Assembly (NCBI GenBank): GCA_963720465.1
Contig: OY970393.1
Location: 1,088,001-1,152,000, forward strand
Length of the DNA stretch: 64,000 nt
DNA from: Methanobacteriota archaeon
GTDB taxonomy: Archaea > Halobacteriota > Bog-38 > Methanoflorentales > Methanoflorentaceae
Reading direction: 5' to 3'
Below the pieces are notes generated by a model. That model was not told where the DNA came from and searched no databases. It saw only the letters and a list, made by a program, of their open reading frames with translations. Made by a program: the position numbers and the translations under genes. Positions 1-10,780 of the stretch are shown piece by piece. The first letter of the stretch is position 1, and each line of letters begins with the position of its first letter.

Positions 1-252
1 GGGGATGTCTTTCGTAGGTTCATCCAGAATCTCGCAGACTTTCTCATCTCGTTTGATAAGCACATCAAAAATGGTGAGGTCTTTCTGTTTCAAAATGTCA
101 AACAACGCTTCAGTGACCTTCTTGTGAAACGACTTTTTTTCTTGCCAAAGATTCATCGCCTTCACGATTCCGTGCAGCGCATCTGATACCGCTTCGTCGA
201 CTTCGTCCTCACTCATGTCAGAAACGTTCATCGAATACGTCTTACTCGACAT
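1..252 (-). CDS. Hypothetical protein, partial (runs off window start)
   Basis: Hand translation from ATG at 252 is open to base 1 (MSSKTYSMNVSDMSEDEVDEAVSDALHGIVKAMNLWQEKK...); TTTAAG about 30 nt upstream. Confidence 0.6.
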   Translation of the reverse strand, partial: MSSKTYSMNVSDMSEDEVDEAVSDALHGIVKAMNLWQEKKSFHKKVTEALFDILKQKDLTIFDVLIKRDEKVCEILDEPTKDIP

Positions 253-800
253 AATAATAGCATACGAACCCGCGCCTCTTAAACCTGAAGCATCTTCTCG
301 AATACTTCTTAGCTTTGGCATTCACGCGTGCCTCTCGGGCAATCTACTTGCTTCCCGTTATAGCGCCTCACGACCGTCGCAGTGCTAGGCTACATGAGCG
401 CAAGAAGGCAAAGATGATAGGGGGCCATAATGACATCAAACCTAGCTCATATCATCGCAGATATTCTCGTGCGTTAGAAGCCACGAACAAAGATTGTTTT
501 TAATCGCGACGACAAACATGCAGACGTAAATGGGACACGTCCGACAAGAAGCCAAACGAAGAACTGCGCTTTTATGTCAACTAGTATGATTGGAGGCACA
601 AAGTTATTTAGAAGCTCAACGGCTGCGAAGCGTCTGGAAACAGCCTGCCCCCTAGGACGAGGCCAGCTGACACGTACCGGCTGAACGACGGATATCTAGT
701 GGACAAACCGTAACAACGGTGCGAGTGTAGAGGGCAAAAAACTCACGCAGAAGCCGCAAGCGCACCTTGCAATCGCATACATCTCCATCTAAACTGCAGC

Positions 801-1001
801 TTAAGGTCGGTTTTGCACTTTCGATTCCCGGCCGGGACATTTCTTCATTGCGCGCATAAACCCAATGCCCCACTGAAATACGCAGAGCTCCTCGCCAGTC
901 ACGGATTTCATTTTCTTGTAGTCGGTCAAGTTTTGATCCGCAAAGTAACTCTCGCACTCAGCGTGATACAAGCAGCTTCTTTCGATGCATTTACGCGTCA
1001 T
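801..1001 (-). CDS. Small Cys-rich hypothetical protein (66 aa)
   Basis: MTRKCIERSCLYHAEC...LC...KKCPG; protein-like composition, no family recognised. Confidence 0.35.
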   Translation of the reverse strand: MTRKCIERSCLYHAECESYFADQNLTDYKKMKSVTGEELCVFQWGIGFMRAMKKCPGRESKVQNRP

Positions 1002-1244
1002 AATCTCAGTAAAAAGTGTGCAACGCATCTACCTAAACATTTTCGCCGGCGTCTGGCGCGGTCCGAAGGAGTTGCAATCTTGTGCGGGACAAAACCCTGA
1101 CAAGAGCATTCAGATGCTTGGGCAGATTTTGTTTCACGTACTGAAGGCAGTCACCCATCCTCACGTAAGTTACGGCTTGCGAGGGGCGTCTTCGAGTTCA
1201 GAGCCCGTTCCAGCGACTCACGTTGGCGCGGCGATAGCTGGTGC

Positions 1245-1610
1245 TTAGTCGCGTTTTTCATATACCTTATCGGGATTGAACACCTTATCGCCTATTGTCC
1301 GCCCGTCGATAGTCCTGAAGAAGCACGACCAGAAGCCAGTGTGGCACGCCGCTGTAACTTGATCTACCTTGATCACAAGCGCGTCCGCATCACAGTCAAC
1401 CAAGATCTCCTTTACCCGTTGAACGTGGCCCGATGTCTCCCCCTTTTTCCAAACGCGCCGGTTTATTCGGCTCCAATAATGGACGCAGCCTGTTTTTCGG
1501 GTCATCTCGAATGCGTCCTTATCCATAAAGGCGATCATCAGCACTTCCCCGGTCTCGTTGTCCTGCGTAGCGACCGGAATGAGGCCATTTTTGAAATTAA
1601 GCTCCACCAT
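1245..1610 (-). CDS. hisI: Phosphoribosyl-AMP cyclohydrolase
   Basis: GLIPVATQD, YWSR, WKKGETSGH, DCDADAL, ACHTG..SCFFR; start taken at MVELNF (1610). Confidence 0.95.
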   Translation of the reverse strand: MVELNFKNGLIPVATQDNETGEVLMIAFMDKDAFEMTRKTGCVHYWSRINRRVWKKGETSGHVQRVKEILVDCDADALVIKVDQVTAACHTGFWSCFFRTIDGRTIGDKVFNPDKVYEKRD

Positions 1611-1632
1611 TGTTGATCCCTCGATGAGAAGT

Positions 1633-2109
1633 CTAGCTTGACGTGCGTTGCGCGTACATTGACCGCGCTTCTTGAAGGGTTTCGCCATCAGAGTTGATGG
1701 CCGCACCAGCGACGCTGCCCACAACAAGAACGTGATCTCCGGCCCCTCTGGTCCACTTCAAGTTACAGTCGACAAATGCCAAGCAGTCTTTGAGGATGGG
1801 CGAGCCTGTACTCCCCAGATCGTACTCCGTCGACGCGAACTTCTCAACTCTCCTCCCTGAGCTCTTGCCGAAGACATCAACCAATTCCGCTTGATCAGTT
1901 CTGAGAATGTTAACTGCAAAAGCATTGCTATTGACGATGAGCTCGTAGGTGTAGTGCAACGGATTCACTGCTACCATAATCAGCGGCGGCACGAACGACA
2001 CCTGGGTAATCCAGCTTGCGACGAAGCCGCTCGCGTTCCCCGCACAGCGGGCTGTTACAATCGCTATTGGGTTTATCAGTTTCCATAGCACGGTCTGCAC
2101 GACATTCAT
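1633..2109 (-). CDS. Flavin reductase-like FMN-binding protein
   Basis: ASWITQVSFVPPLIMVAV, FAVNIL, GSPIL, GDHVLVVG. Confidence 0.9.
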   Translation of the reverse strand: MNVVQTVLWKLINPIAIVTARCAGNASGFVASWITQVSFVPPLIMVAVNPLHYTYELIVNSNAFAVNILRTDQAELVDVFGKSSGRRVEKFASTEYDLGSTGSPILKDCLAFVDCNLKWTRGAGDHVLVVGSVAGAAINSDGETLQEARSMYAQRTSS

Positions 2110-2136
2110 GAACAGTCTCCTGTAGTCCGTTTTGCC

Positions 2137-3366
2137 CTATGCGTGGCTCAAGACGCGATCGATAATCTCCTGAACGCGGAGTGATTCTTGTTCACCGGTT
2201 CTCAGATCGCGCAGCGTTAGTTTTGAGGTCTGCATTTCACTCTTTCCGATAATGACGGCGAAGTCGAAACTTGCGCTGTTGGCATACGTCAACTGCGCAC
2301 GAACCGTTCGCCCCATAACGTCAACATCCGTGGAGACGTGTGCCCGTAACTCATCGGCGATGCCGAGCGCGTAGATGCGCGCGTCCTTGGTGGGGACGAC
2401 TATAATCCGCGGCGGCTCTTCGCCAAGAATGGTGACGGCCCGCATGATCCGGTCAAATCCAATTCCAAAGCCTGTTGCCGGCACGTCATCGCCGCCGAAG
2501 AGGTGTGCCAGCCGGTATGCGCCCCCTCCGAGAACTTGGTTTTGAGCGCCGAGGCCGTGAGCGTAAGCTTCAAAGACGATCCCGGTGTAGTCCTCGAGCC
2601 CTCTCGCGATGCCGAAATCAACAGCATAATCTATGGCGAGCGTGTCAAGCAGCTCAAGAACCTGCAAGAGGTGATCGGTCGACGCAACGCTCTGCGCTTC
2701 GCTCAGTGGGTCTGGCGCTTCGATGATGCTTATGGCGGTGTCGCCGTGTGGGAGCTCCTGCAATCGATCGAAATCGCCCTTGTCGATTAAGCGCATCGCG
2801 AAGGCACGGGTTTCGTCATCAAGCTCGCAAAACACGGCCCTAAGGACGTCCAGAGAGCCAACGTGGATCTTTGCCTCAAGCCCTACGCTTCTTAGCATAT
2901 GCTGCGCAAGCGCGATAACCTCTGCATCTGCTTCTGGCCTCGCACTTCCGATGAGTTCGACGCCAAACTGCCAGAACTGCCTGTAGCGCCCGGACTGAGG
3001 GCGCTCATACCGAAAGCAGTCACCGAAATAGTAGAACTTGAGCGGCTTAGGCGCGGATTGCAGCTCGTTCACGTACACGCGCATGACGGGCGCGGTGAGC
3101 TCAGGCCGCAACGCTAGCGCGCGCCCCCCGCGGTCTGTAAAGCTGTAAATCTCGTCTGTTATCGCTTCTCCCGACTTGATCGTGAAAAGGTCGAGCGGCT
3201 CAAACGCCGGCGTTGCGATCTCGCCGTACCCCCAGCGCTCGGCCACGTTTCTGAACCGAAGCTCGGCAAAGCGGCGTTTTGCCATCGCACCGGGCAAAAA
3301 ATCGCGGGTGCCGCGGGGCCTTGTAAGCCGCCGTTTCACGTCCCGATTGTCTTCAGAAGCTTTCAC
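2137..3366 (-). CDS. hisS: Histidine--tRNA ligase
   Basis: PRGTRDFLP, LRPELTAP, FRYERPQSGRYRQFWQFGVE, GFGIGFDR, C-terminal anticodon-binding domain. Confidence 0.93.
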   Translation of the reverse strand: MKASEDNRDVKRRLTRPRGTRDFLPGAMAKRRFAELRFRNVAERWGYGEIATPAFEPLDLFTIKSGEAITDEIYSFTDRGGRALALRPELTAPVMRVYVNELQSAPKPLKFYYFGDCFRYERPQSGRYRQFWQFGVELIGSARPEADAEVIALAQHMLRSVGLEAKIHVGSLDVLRAVFCELDDETRAFAMRLIDKGDFDRLQELPHGDTAISIIEAPDPLSEAQSVASTDHLLQVLELLDTLAIDYAVDFGIARGLEDYTGIVFEAYAHGLGAQNQVLGGGAYRLAHLFGGDDVPATGFGIGFDRIMRAVTILGEEPPRIIVVPTKDARIYALGIADELRAHVSTDVDVMGRTVRAQLTYANSASFDFAVIIGKSEMQTSKLTLRDLRTGEQESLRVQEIIDRVLSHA

Positions 3367-3546
3367 GCGTCTTATCTTCTCCTCAAAGCTTTCTTATGGC
3401 TCGTTACACGATAGAAGTGAACAGACCGTATTTAACGGCTCCGGCCTACCCTGATTGCCGGCTGTCCGTTCGCGCGTCGATCATGTTGGCCCGTTGTGGT
3501 TCTCGATGTGGTGTATTTATTACACTTGCTAAGAACATAACTGCGC

Positions 3547-4347
3547 ATGCCTAGCCTGGAGACAATACTCAATAGGCTCGTCGACGGAGAGGTTTCGAAA
3601 CAAGAAGCTGCACAACTCATTCGACGCGAGATCACTATTGATGGATATGAAAAGGTTGCTGAAATTGCGAAGCTAGATACCGCACGGCTACATCGGGTAG
3701 GAATTCCAGAAGTTGTCCTAGCAGAAGGCAAAAATGCGCAAGATCTCGTCGCTATTGTCAAGGCGCAGCTCAAGGTGGAAGGGCGCGTCGTACTTACTCG
3801 AGTAACAGAGCACCAGTTGCGGGCACTCAAAGACTTTGACGTCGAATGGCACGATCGAGCGCGCATCGCAGCTATTGGAGAAAAACCGCACGTTGAACCC
3901 CCTTACGGACTTGTCGGCGTTGTATGCGCCGGTACTGCAGATATCTCTGTTGCAGAGGAGGCCCGCATTCTCGCTGAAGAACTAGGCTGCAAGACAATCA
4001 TATCGTACGATGTAGGCGTAGCGGGCATTCACAGACTGTATCCAGAGCTTTCCAAACTGCTAGACACAGACGTGCTCGTCGTCCTTGCTGGCAGGGAGGG
4101 AGCCCTCCCCACCATTGTAGCAGGCTTGACTGACATCCCGGTGATAGGCGTTCCGGTCTCCACTGGGTACGGCTTAGGCGGTCAAGGAGAAGCTGCCCTG
4201 CTAGCAATGCTGCAGTCGTGCTCGGTATTGGCCGTCGTGAACGTGGATGCAGGCTTCGTGGCCGGCGCTTTCGCAGCAAAGATCGCGAATCGTGCGGCTC
4301 GTACTCGACAAGAAACCTCTTTACCAGATATACAAAACTGCGGCTGA
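3547..4347 (+). CDS. larB: Nickel-pincer cofactor biosynthesis protein LarB (PurE-like)
   Basis: GIPEVVLAEGK, AGTADISVAEEA, DVGVAGIHRL, GREGALP, PVIGVPVSTGYG, VVNVDAGF. Confidence 0.9.
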   Translation: MPSLETILNRLVDGEVSKQEAAQLIRREITIDGYEKVAEIAKLDTARLHRVGIPEVVLAEGKNAQDLVAIVKAQLKVEGRVVLTRVTEHQLRALKDFDVEWHDRARIAAIGEKPHVEPPYGLVGVVCAGTADISVAEEARILAEELGCKTIISYDVGVAGIHRLYPELSKLLDTDVLVVLAGREGALPTIVAGLTDIPVIGVPVSTGYGLGGQGEAALLAMLQSCSVLAVVNVDAGFVAGAFAAKIANRAARTRQETSLPDIQNCG

Positions 4348-4370
4348 GAGGCGGCAGCGCGCATGCACGG

Positions 4371-4859
4371 CTACCGCAGAAGCAGCCCGATTTTTTGCTT
4401 AATCTCCTCGAGGCTTTCCGTTTCGAAACCAAAATAGTCCGCGAAAGCTTTCGTAGTCCGGAGCATTCGTGTTCTTCCGTAGCGCTCCGATTCAACGAGC
4501 TTGCGCGCCTCGAGGTCATGCACATGCCCGTACGCTTTGTTGCCTCGAATTTCGGCTACCTTTGATTGTGTGACCGGTTGATGAAACGCAATAACGGCAA
4601 GCGTACGCAGCACGGGCGTTTCGAGATCACGCTGAGCGATCGTGCGGACTGCATCAGCATATTCGCCCTTCACCTGCATGACGATGTCTTCGTCAGTTTG
4701 GACGATCTCAAGCGCGCCATTCTCCCGATATTCTTCGATGAGCGATTCGACGAGTTCTTCGACATCAGCGTCAGGGCTCACGATAGACTCTAGTTCGAGA
4801 AGGGTCAACGGCCTGCCTGCAACGAAGAGCGCGGCCTCGATGAGATCTCTAGCGTTCAT
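4371..4859 (-). CDS. scpB: SMC-Scp complex subunit ScpB
   Basis: IEAALFVAGRP, LRTLAVIAFHQPVTQS, TTKAFADYFG; downstream of scpA. Confidence 0.95.
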   Translation of the reverse strand: MNARDLIEAALFVAGRPLTLLELESIVSPDADVEELVESLIEEYRENGALEIVQTDEDIVMQVKGEYADAVRTIAQRDLETPVLRTLAVIAFHQPVTQSKVAEIRGNKAYGHVHDLEARKLVESERYGRTRMLRTTKAFADYFGFETESLEEIKQKIGLLLR

Positions 4860-4885
4860 TACCGTTCATGAACGCTGGAAGGGCG

Positions 4886-5581
4886 TTAAAGGTTTTTGCA
4901 TTGGATCAAGATGTCACCGAATAGTTCCTTTTGCTCAAGCTGTATCTGTCGCCTAGTTGCCATGAAGAGCAATGGTATGTAGGTTTGTACGATATGCTCA
5001 GCAGTATTATCAATGACAAGCTCGCTAAAGAGCACCTGATCCTGCTTCCCGAAGCGTCGCTTAAGCTCGCGTTGCACTCGTTTGACCTGCCGCTCGATGT
5101 CTTCAGTGTGCGCCACCGCAAAAGCGTCAAACTCCTGTGCTTGCAGCTGTATGAGCCGGCGGACGTCTGACTTTTCCCTTCGCTTTGTCGCTTTTTTAAG
5201 CTCGTGGATGAGCTCTGATAGAGTGACACGACGCTTCGCGTGCCGCCGTACCTTAGGCTTGAGCGCGGGGAAGCACGCGCGAAGGTCTTCATCCAGCAAT
5301 TCTTCTTCGTTCAGGTCTTGCGGTTCCGATTCCTCGAGCGCGTCCGCCTTCATCCTCAGCAGTATCGATGCAAAAAGGAGCGTTCGGCTCGACACCCGCA
5401 AGTCGAGTTTTTCGAGCTCCGCGACTTGGGCCAAGAACTTGTCGGTAACGTCAACGATGTCAATATCCCACGGATCGATCTCGCCGTTTTTCGCGAGCGA
5501 GACCAAAATGTCGATTGATCGCTCATCAAAATCTTCAGGCGCTTCACCGTTCGCGGTGGCGCCGCGTCCATCGCTGGTCAA
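4886..5581 (-). CDS. scpA: Kleisin ScpA
   Basis: GEIDPWDIDIVDVTDKFL, ASILLRMK, LEQKELFGDI; 4-bp overlap with smc. Confidence 0.95.
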   Translation of the reverse strand: MTSDGRGATANGEAPEDFDERSIDILVSLAKNGEIDPWDIDIVDVTDKFLAQVAELEKLDLRVSSRTLLFASILLRMKADALEESEPQDLNEEELLDEDLRACFPALKPKVRRHAKRRVTLSELIHELKKATKRREKSDVRRLIQLQAQEFDAFAVAHTEDIERQVKRVQRELKRRFGKQDQVLFSELVIDNTAEHIVQTYIPLLFMATRRQIQLEQKELFGDILIQCKNL

Positions 5582-8500
5582 TTAAGCTTCACCCCAGTGA
5601 CGCTCGAGATGTTGCCCTCCTGCATAGAGACGCCTATCGTGCGACTGGCCGCTTCGATCATGGGTTTTCGCAGCGAGACAACTATAAACTGAGCGTTCGA
5701 GGAGAGTTTCTTAATCATGTGTGCGACGCGTTCGGCGTTTGCACCGTCCAAGAACATGTCGATTTCGTCGAACATGTAAAACGGCGCCGGCATGTACCGT
5801 TGAATGGCGAAGATCATCGCCAGCGCTGCAAGGCTCTTTTCTCCGCCCGACATCCCCTCGATTCGCTGCACGTGTTTGCCCTGTTGCCACGAGTGGATGA
5901 AGAGGCCGCCATCGAAGGGATCCTCGTAGTTCTCCAGAGCAAGCTCACCTGTGGCCCCCGAGAGTTCGACGTAAATATCCTTGAAGTTCGCATTTATGCT
6001 TTCAAACGCCGTGAGCAGAGCCTCCTTTTTCATCTGGCCGTAGCGGTCGATGCGTTCGAGTATCTCAGCGCGTTCATTGAAAAGCGTGTCCTTGCGTGCG
6101 GCGAGATCCTGTTGTCGCCGGGCGACGTTGTCATAATCCTCGATTGCCCGCATGTTGACGTCATTCATCGACTCGAGCTGCGCTTCGAGGGTTCTCAGCG
6201 CTGCCACGACAGCCTCATGCGGCTCATCAGGCCGCACGTCGTCGATCTCGCCCGCTTCTGCTTTGAGTTCGTCTCGACGGGCTTCAAGCTCCAGCCGCTG
6301 ATAATCAAGGGTTTCGATCGCCTGCTCGGTGCGATCAATCTTGCGCTGAAGATCCATTTTCTCCGTCTCCTTTAGGCTGATCTGCTCCAGCAGCGCATCG
6401 CGTCCTTCACGCAGTTCTGAAAGCTCGCGTGCAAGTTCGCGCTCGCGGCCACAAACGTCGGCGAGCTCCTGTTCCAGGTGCGTAGCAGCCTCGGAATGCT
6501 CACGGATACTGGCGCGGAGCTCCTTGATCCCCTCATCGGTCGTTTCCAAATGCTCCTTAGCGTCAGCAAGCTTCTTCTCGTTATAGTCTTCCTGCAGGCG
6601 GAAATCAGCGATGGTTGCGTCGCATTTGCTGATGCGGGCCTGTAGCCGTCTGACCTCGTCCGCGATCTGAGCGAGGTTTTCAGTGAGCTTTGACGCGTCG
6701 GTGCCCTTGAGCCGCTTTTCAAGTTCAGTTATATCCTGCTCAAGGGCGGCAACGGCTGAAGCGTGTAGCGCCTCCTGTTCCTCAAGCTCATTAATCTTCA
6801 CGCCCGCCTGCTCTTTCTCTGCCCGCATAGCAGCGAGGTGGGCGATTTCCGCGTCCGTTTCTGCGTTAGCCTGCTCCTTTCGCGCCTCGAAAACCTTAGT
6901 CTCCCGCGCCAAACGCTCCCGCTCACCCTCAGCTGTGACGAGCTCATGCCGTGCTTGCAGCAAAAGGTCATCCACGTCGTTGAGCTCTTGCTGCAGGCGC
7001 TCACGTTCCTTTTCGTACTCGCGTATCTGGCGACTAAGCTTGTGCAGCTCTTGCTCCTCGCCGGCGATAAACCTCAGCGCCCGGCGGTCGATGCCTCCCG
7101 TCATGGCACCGCTCATTTCGAGCAGCTCACCCTCAAGCGTCACCATGCGGTACTGGCCAATAAGACCCCGGGCCGGCCCGAGCTCAGTGACGACAACGGT
7201 CTTGCCAAACACGTATGAAAATGCCGCTGCGTACTCCGGGTCATAATCAACGAGATTAATGGCGTAATCGACGATGCCGTCGCGCGGAGGGAGCACTTCG
7301 CGGTGCACGGACTTCATCTTGTTCAGAGGCAGAAGCGTCGCGCGGCCCACGTTCTGCTCTTTCAAATAGGCGATAGCGTGCGCCGCGTCTGCATCGGTGT
7401 CGACGACAATGTTTCGCAAGCGCGGGCCCGCCGCAATTTCGAGAGCCGTAGTATACCTCGGATCGACCTTGCCAAGCTCGGCCACGACGCCCCGCACCCC
7501 GGGCAACTGGGCGGTCATTATCGCTTCCACCGCTTTGCCGAAACTCTCTTTTAGGCGCGCTTCGGCGCGAACGAACTCCTGATGCGCTTGGTTCAGCCGC
7601 CTTTCAACCGTTTCCGTGGCGAGCTTTAGGTCCTCTCGTTGCACCTCAAGGTCTTTTATGTTCTCGCGCGCGTTCTCCAGTTTTTGCGTCAGCGCGGCGC
7701 GATCCTTATAGATCTTCTGCAGATCACGCTCTATGGAAGCCACGTCTGAACGCACGGCGTCAATCTTCCCCTCGAGCGCGTGTACGTCCGTTGAGGCGCG
7801 ACGTAAGACATCGAGCACCCTGTCGCGGGCGCGTACGACGTCCCCCCGCTTGTCCTTTTCCTCGCCAAGCGCTTCGCGCTTTTCGAAGAGTTCGTCGCGC
7901 GCCTGAGTCACATTTTCGTCGAGCGTAGCAAGCTGTTCTTTGAGCGCGTTGAGCTCCTGCTCCTGTTCTCCGAGCTCGCTTGAAAGGCTTGCCCGTCGCA
8001 CCGCTTCAGCTCCCAGATCACTCTGCAGTGCCTCGTGCTTCTGCTTGAGGGCGTTCACCTCGATGAACGCCTTGCGCTTCTGTGATTCAAGGCGCTCTGC
8101 CTCCTTAGTCACAAAATCGATCCTACTTTGATGTTGCCCAAGACCGCCCTTGATACTCTCTATATGTTTTGTCAATTCGAATTGCTCGTTTTCGCCTTTT
8201 TCAGACACGGCGCTGTTGAGTGCGCTCAACTGACCCTCAAGATCGTAGATCGCGTCTCGCGTTGTGCTGAGCTCGTGAACCGTCTTGTCCTTGCTCCGCT
8301 GCTTGCGCGCCAAGTCGTCTTCAGTCGCCTTGATCTCGCGCGCGAGCTTGTAGAGCTTTGACGCAAACACCATTTTTTCGTAGTCCCGTTTCTTTGCTTT
8401 GAGCTCTTGATACGTGAGGGCGTGCTCCCTTTCGACTTTAAGCTGCTCGAGCCGGAGCGCTACCTCGTTGAGTATGATTTCGACACGTTCAACGCGTTCC

Positions 8501-9049
8501 CGCACTACTTCGAGCTCATCGAGCGCTCGATCCCGCCTTCGGTCAAACTCAGCAATACCGGCGATCTCGTCAATGATCTTACGGCGCTCAAGCGGGCTTA
8601 CCTCGATGATGCGCGTTATGTCGCCTTGGAGCACGACATTGTAGCCCTCTGGGGTGATGCACGCTTTCGAAAGAAGCTCGTGAATGTCTGCGAGCGTGCA
8701 CGGCTTGCCGTTGAGGTAGTAATAGCTGTAGTACCCACTTGCGGTGCGGCGCACCTTTCGGGCAACCGTCACTTCCGCGTCGGCAGGTAGTTCAGCGTCG
8801 GCGTTGTCAAACCTCACCTTGACCATTGCCTCGTCGGCACCGTTCCCGTTAAAAATCAGGTCGGTGAGTTTCTCAGCGCGCATAGTCCGCGAACTCGAGA
8901 GCCCGAGACAAAAAGAGTACGCTATCGACGATATTCGACTTTCCTGAACCGTTAGGTCCGGAAACAGCCGTAAAATCGTCAAAAAAGGGAATCTTCACCC
9001 TTTTCCCAAATGACTTGAAGTTGTGAATCTCAAGTTCGTTAATAAACAT
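5578..9049 (-). CDS. smc: Chromosome segregation protein SMC, with a one-base frameshift near the 5' end
   Basis: ATG 9049 gives MFINELEIHNFKSFG...GPNGSGKSNIVD (Walker A); the frame changes at the A5 run 8910-8914 into the 1134-aa ORF with hinge, SGGEKS and FDEID. Confidence 0.95.
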
Positions 9050-9073
9050 CGTTTCGTCGGGCCGCGTGCCCGC

Positions 9074-9436
9074 TCACACTTCGCGATCAGCGATGATTAT
9101 GTCGTTGCCTAGGCGACGCTGGGGCTCTGGAGTGCAGTCCACATCCGCGATGATGAAGGTGGTCTTCTTTTTTCTCTGCAATATCGGAAGCGAAGGCTCA
9201 TCCGGCTCTGTTTCGCTTGGAAGCTCATTACTCTCATTCACGCGCGGAAGCAGTGCCATATCGTGGACTGAAGAACTGACGTCGACGAGCTGTTGAGTGA
9301 TACCGTTTAAGACGCTTGACAATTCAGCAACTTTATGCTCGAGATTCGTCACGCGCTGGTCGAGCGTCGAGCGCGGGACGCCTTGTTTGACCCTTAAGCG
9401 ACGCGGCACCTCATCTGGATCGTCTTGATAACGCAT
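9074..9436 (-). CDS. Conserved hypothetical coiled-coil protein upstream of smc
   Basis: RVTNLEHKVAEL..VLNGITQQLV and C-terminal DIIIA resemble small ORFs that precede smc in Halobacteriota (from recollection). Confidence 0.7.
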   Translation of the reverse strand: MRYQDDPDEVPRRLRVKQGVPRSTLDQRVTNLEHKVAELSSVLNGITQQLVDVSSSVHDMALLPRVNESNELPSETEPDEPSLPILQRKKKTTFIIADVDCTPEPQRRLGNDIIIADREV

Positions 9437-9517
9437 ACCCTACCTCGTAGTGTAGTGCGGGGTTCGCACCTTATACTTTATGGTATGTACTCGAACCGCA
9501 AGCGACGTAATTCGGTT

Positions 9518-10780
9518 TTATGGCGTAATCCGCCGCCGATCACGAGGAAAAAGAACACTTTCCCGGATGTTGGCGAGACCGAGCATGGTTACGAGAAGGC
9601 GCTCAGCCCCAAGACCCCATCCGGCGTGAGGCGGCATGCCGAAACGAAATGCGTCGAGATAGAAGCCGAAGTTTTCAGGCGCAAGCGATTTACCGGCAAG
9701 CTGTTCGACGAGAAGGGCATAATCGTGAATCCGTCGCGCACCCGACGCGAGTTCCATCCTCGGGTGCATGAGGTCGAAGGCGTAGCAGAGATTGTTGCGT
9801 GGCTGCACGTAGAAAGGCTTCAGCTCAACCGGCCAGTCTACGATGAAGTAGTGTTCTCCCATCTCCTCACCGACCGCTTTTTCCGCAGCGGTGTCAAGAT
9901 CGTCCCCCCACGGGATATCCGCGATTTCAATCGCCTCAGCATAAGCGATTCGTTTGAAGGGAATGTGGGGAATCAATGGCGTCACGCCTAACGATTGGAG
10001 CGGAGCGCTGCAGCGCTCAGCAACGGCGACATAAACGTGCTGAATGAGCTCTTCAAGGAGCTCCATGACCTCGCGATCGTCTAGGAATGAGGCCTCTACG
10101 TCGATCGAGGTGACTTCATTGAGGTGTTTGCGCGTGTCGTGCTCCTCGGCGCGAAATATGGGGCCAACCTCAAAAACCCGTTCCAAACCGGCCGCCATCA
10201 TGATCTGCTTGTAGAGCTGCGGGCTCTGGTTCAGGAACGCTTCGCGATCAAAGTACGATATAGGGAAGAGCTGCGTTCCACCCTCAGTCGCTGTGGCCAC
10301 CATTTTGGGAGTCTGAATTTCAATAAAATCGTGGGCTGATAGAAACGTCCGTACCTCCTGGAGCACCGTCGCACGAATAAGGAAGATAGCGCGCGTGGCT
10401 GGAAGACGCACGTCCATGAACCGCGCATCCAGCCTTGTATCGAGATCGGCCCGCACCTTGCCGGTAACGTCAAGCGGAAGCGGCGATTCCGCAGCGCTAA
10501 GTAGCTCAACCTCGTAGGGAATAATCTCAAAGCCTTGCGGCGCTTTCAGTTCCTCCTTGACGAGTCCCGCGACGCGAACGACGGACTCCCGGCTGAGACT
10601 TCGCACGTGTTCGACAAGTTCGGGGGGGACCTTCTTCTTGGGCATGGTGATTTGCATAATGCCGTCGCGATCGCGGAGCAGAAGGAAGCTAATGCCACCG
10701 AGGTCGCGAAGCTCGTGCACCCACCCCGCAACGGTCACGTCAGTTTCTGGGACGATTGCGCTCGAGCGCGTCAGCTTCAT
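9518..10780 (-). CDS. aspS: Aspartate--tRNA(Asp/Asn) ligase, archaeal type
   Basis: [53 protein letters not shown]. Confidence 0.96.
   Translation of the reverse strand: MKLTRSSAIVPETDVTVAGWVHELRDLGGISFLLLRDRDGIMQITMPKKKVPPELVEHVRSLSRESVVRVAGLVKEELKAPQGFEIIPYEVELLSAAESPLPLDVTGKVRADLDTRLDARFMDVRLPATRAIFLIRATVLQEVRTFLSAHDFIEIQTPKMVATATEGGTQLFPISYFDREAFLNQSPQLYKQIMMAAGLERVFEVGPIFRAEEHDTRKHLNEVTSIDVEASFLDDREVMELLEELIQHVYVAVAERCSAPLQSLGVTPLIPHIPFKRIAYAEAIEIADIPWGDDLDTAAEKAVGEEMGEHYFIVDWPVELKPFYVQPRNNLCYAFDLMHPRMELASGARRIHDYALLVEQLAGKSLAPENFGFYLDAFRFGMPPHAGWGLGAERLLVTMLGLANIRESVLFPRDRRRITP

Noticed and set aside
575-760. Possible HEARO/omega-type structured RNA (starts GTCAACTA)
   Set aside because: No IscB/TnpB ORF follows and I could not build the expected helices; needs cmscan
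5515-7246. Long plus-strand ORFs (286 aa, 187 aa)
   Set aside because: Antisense to smc
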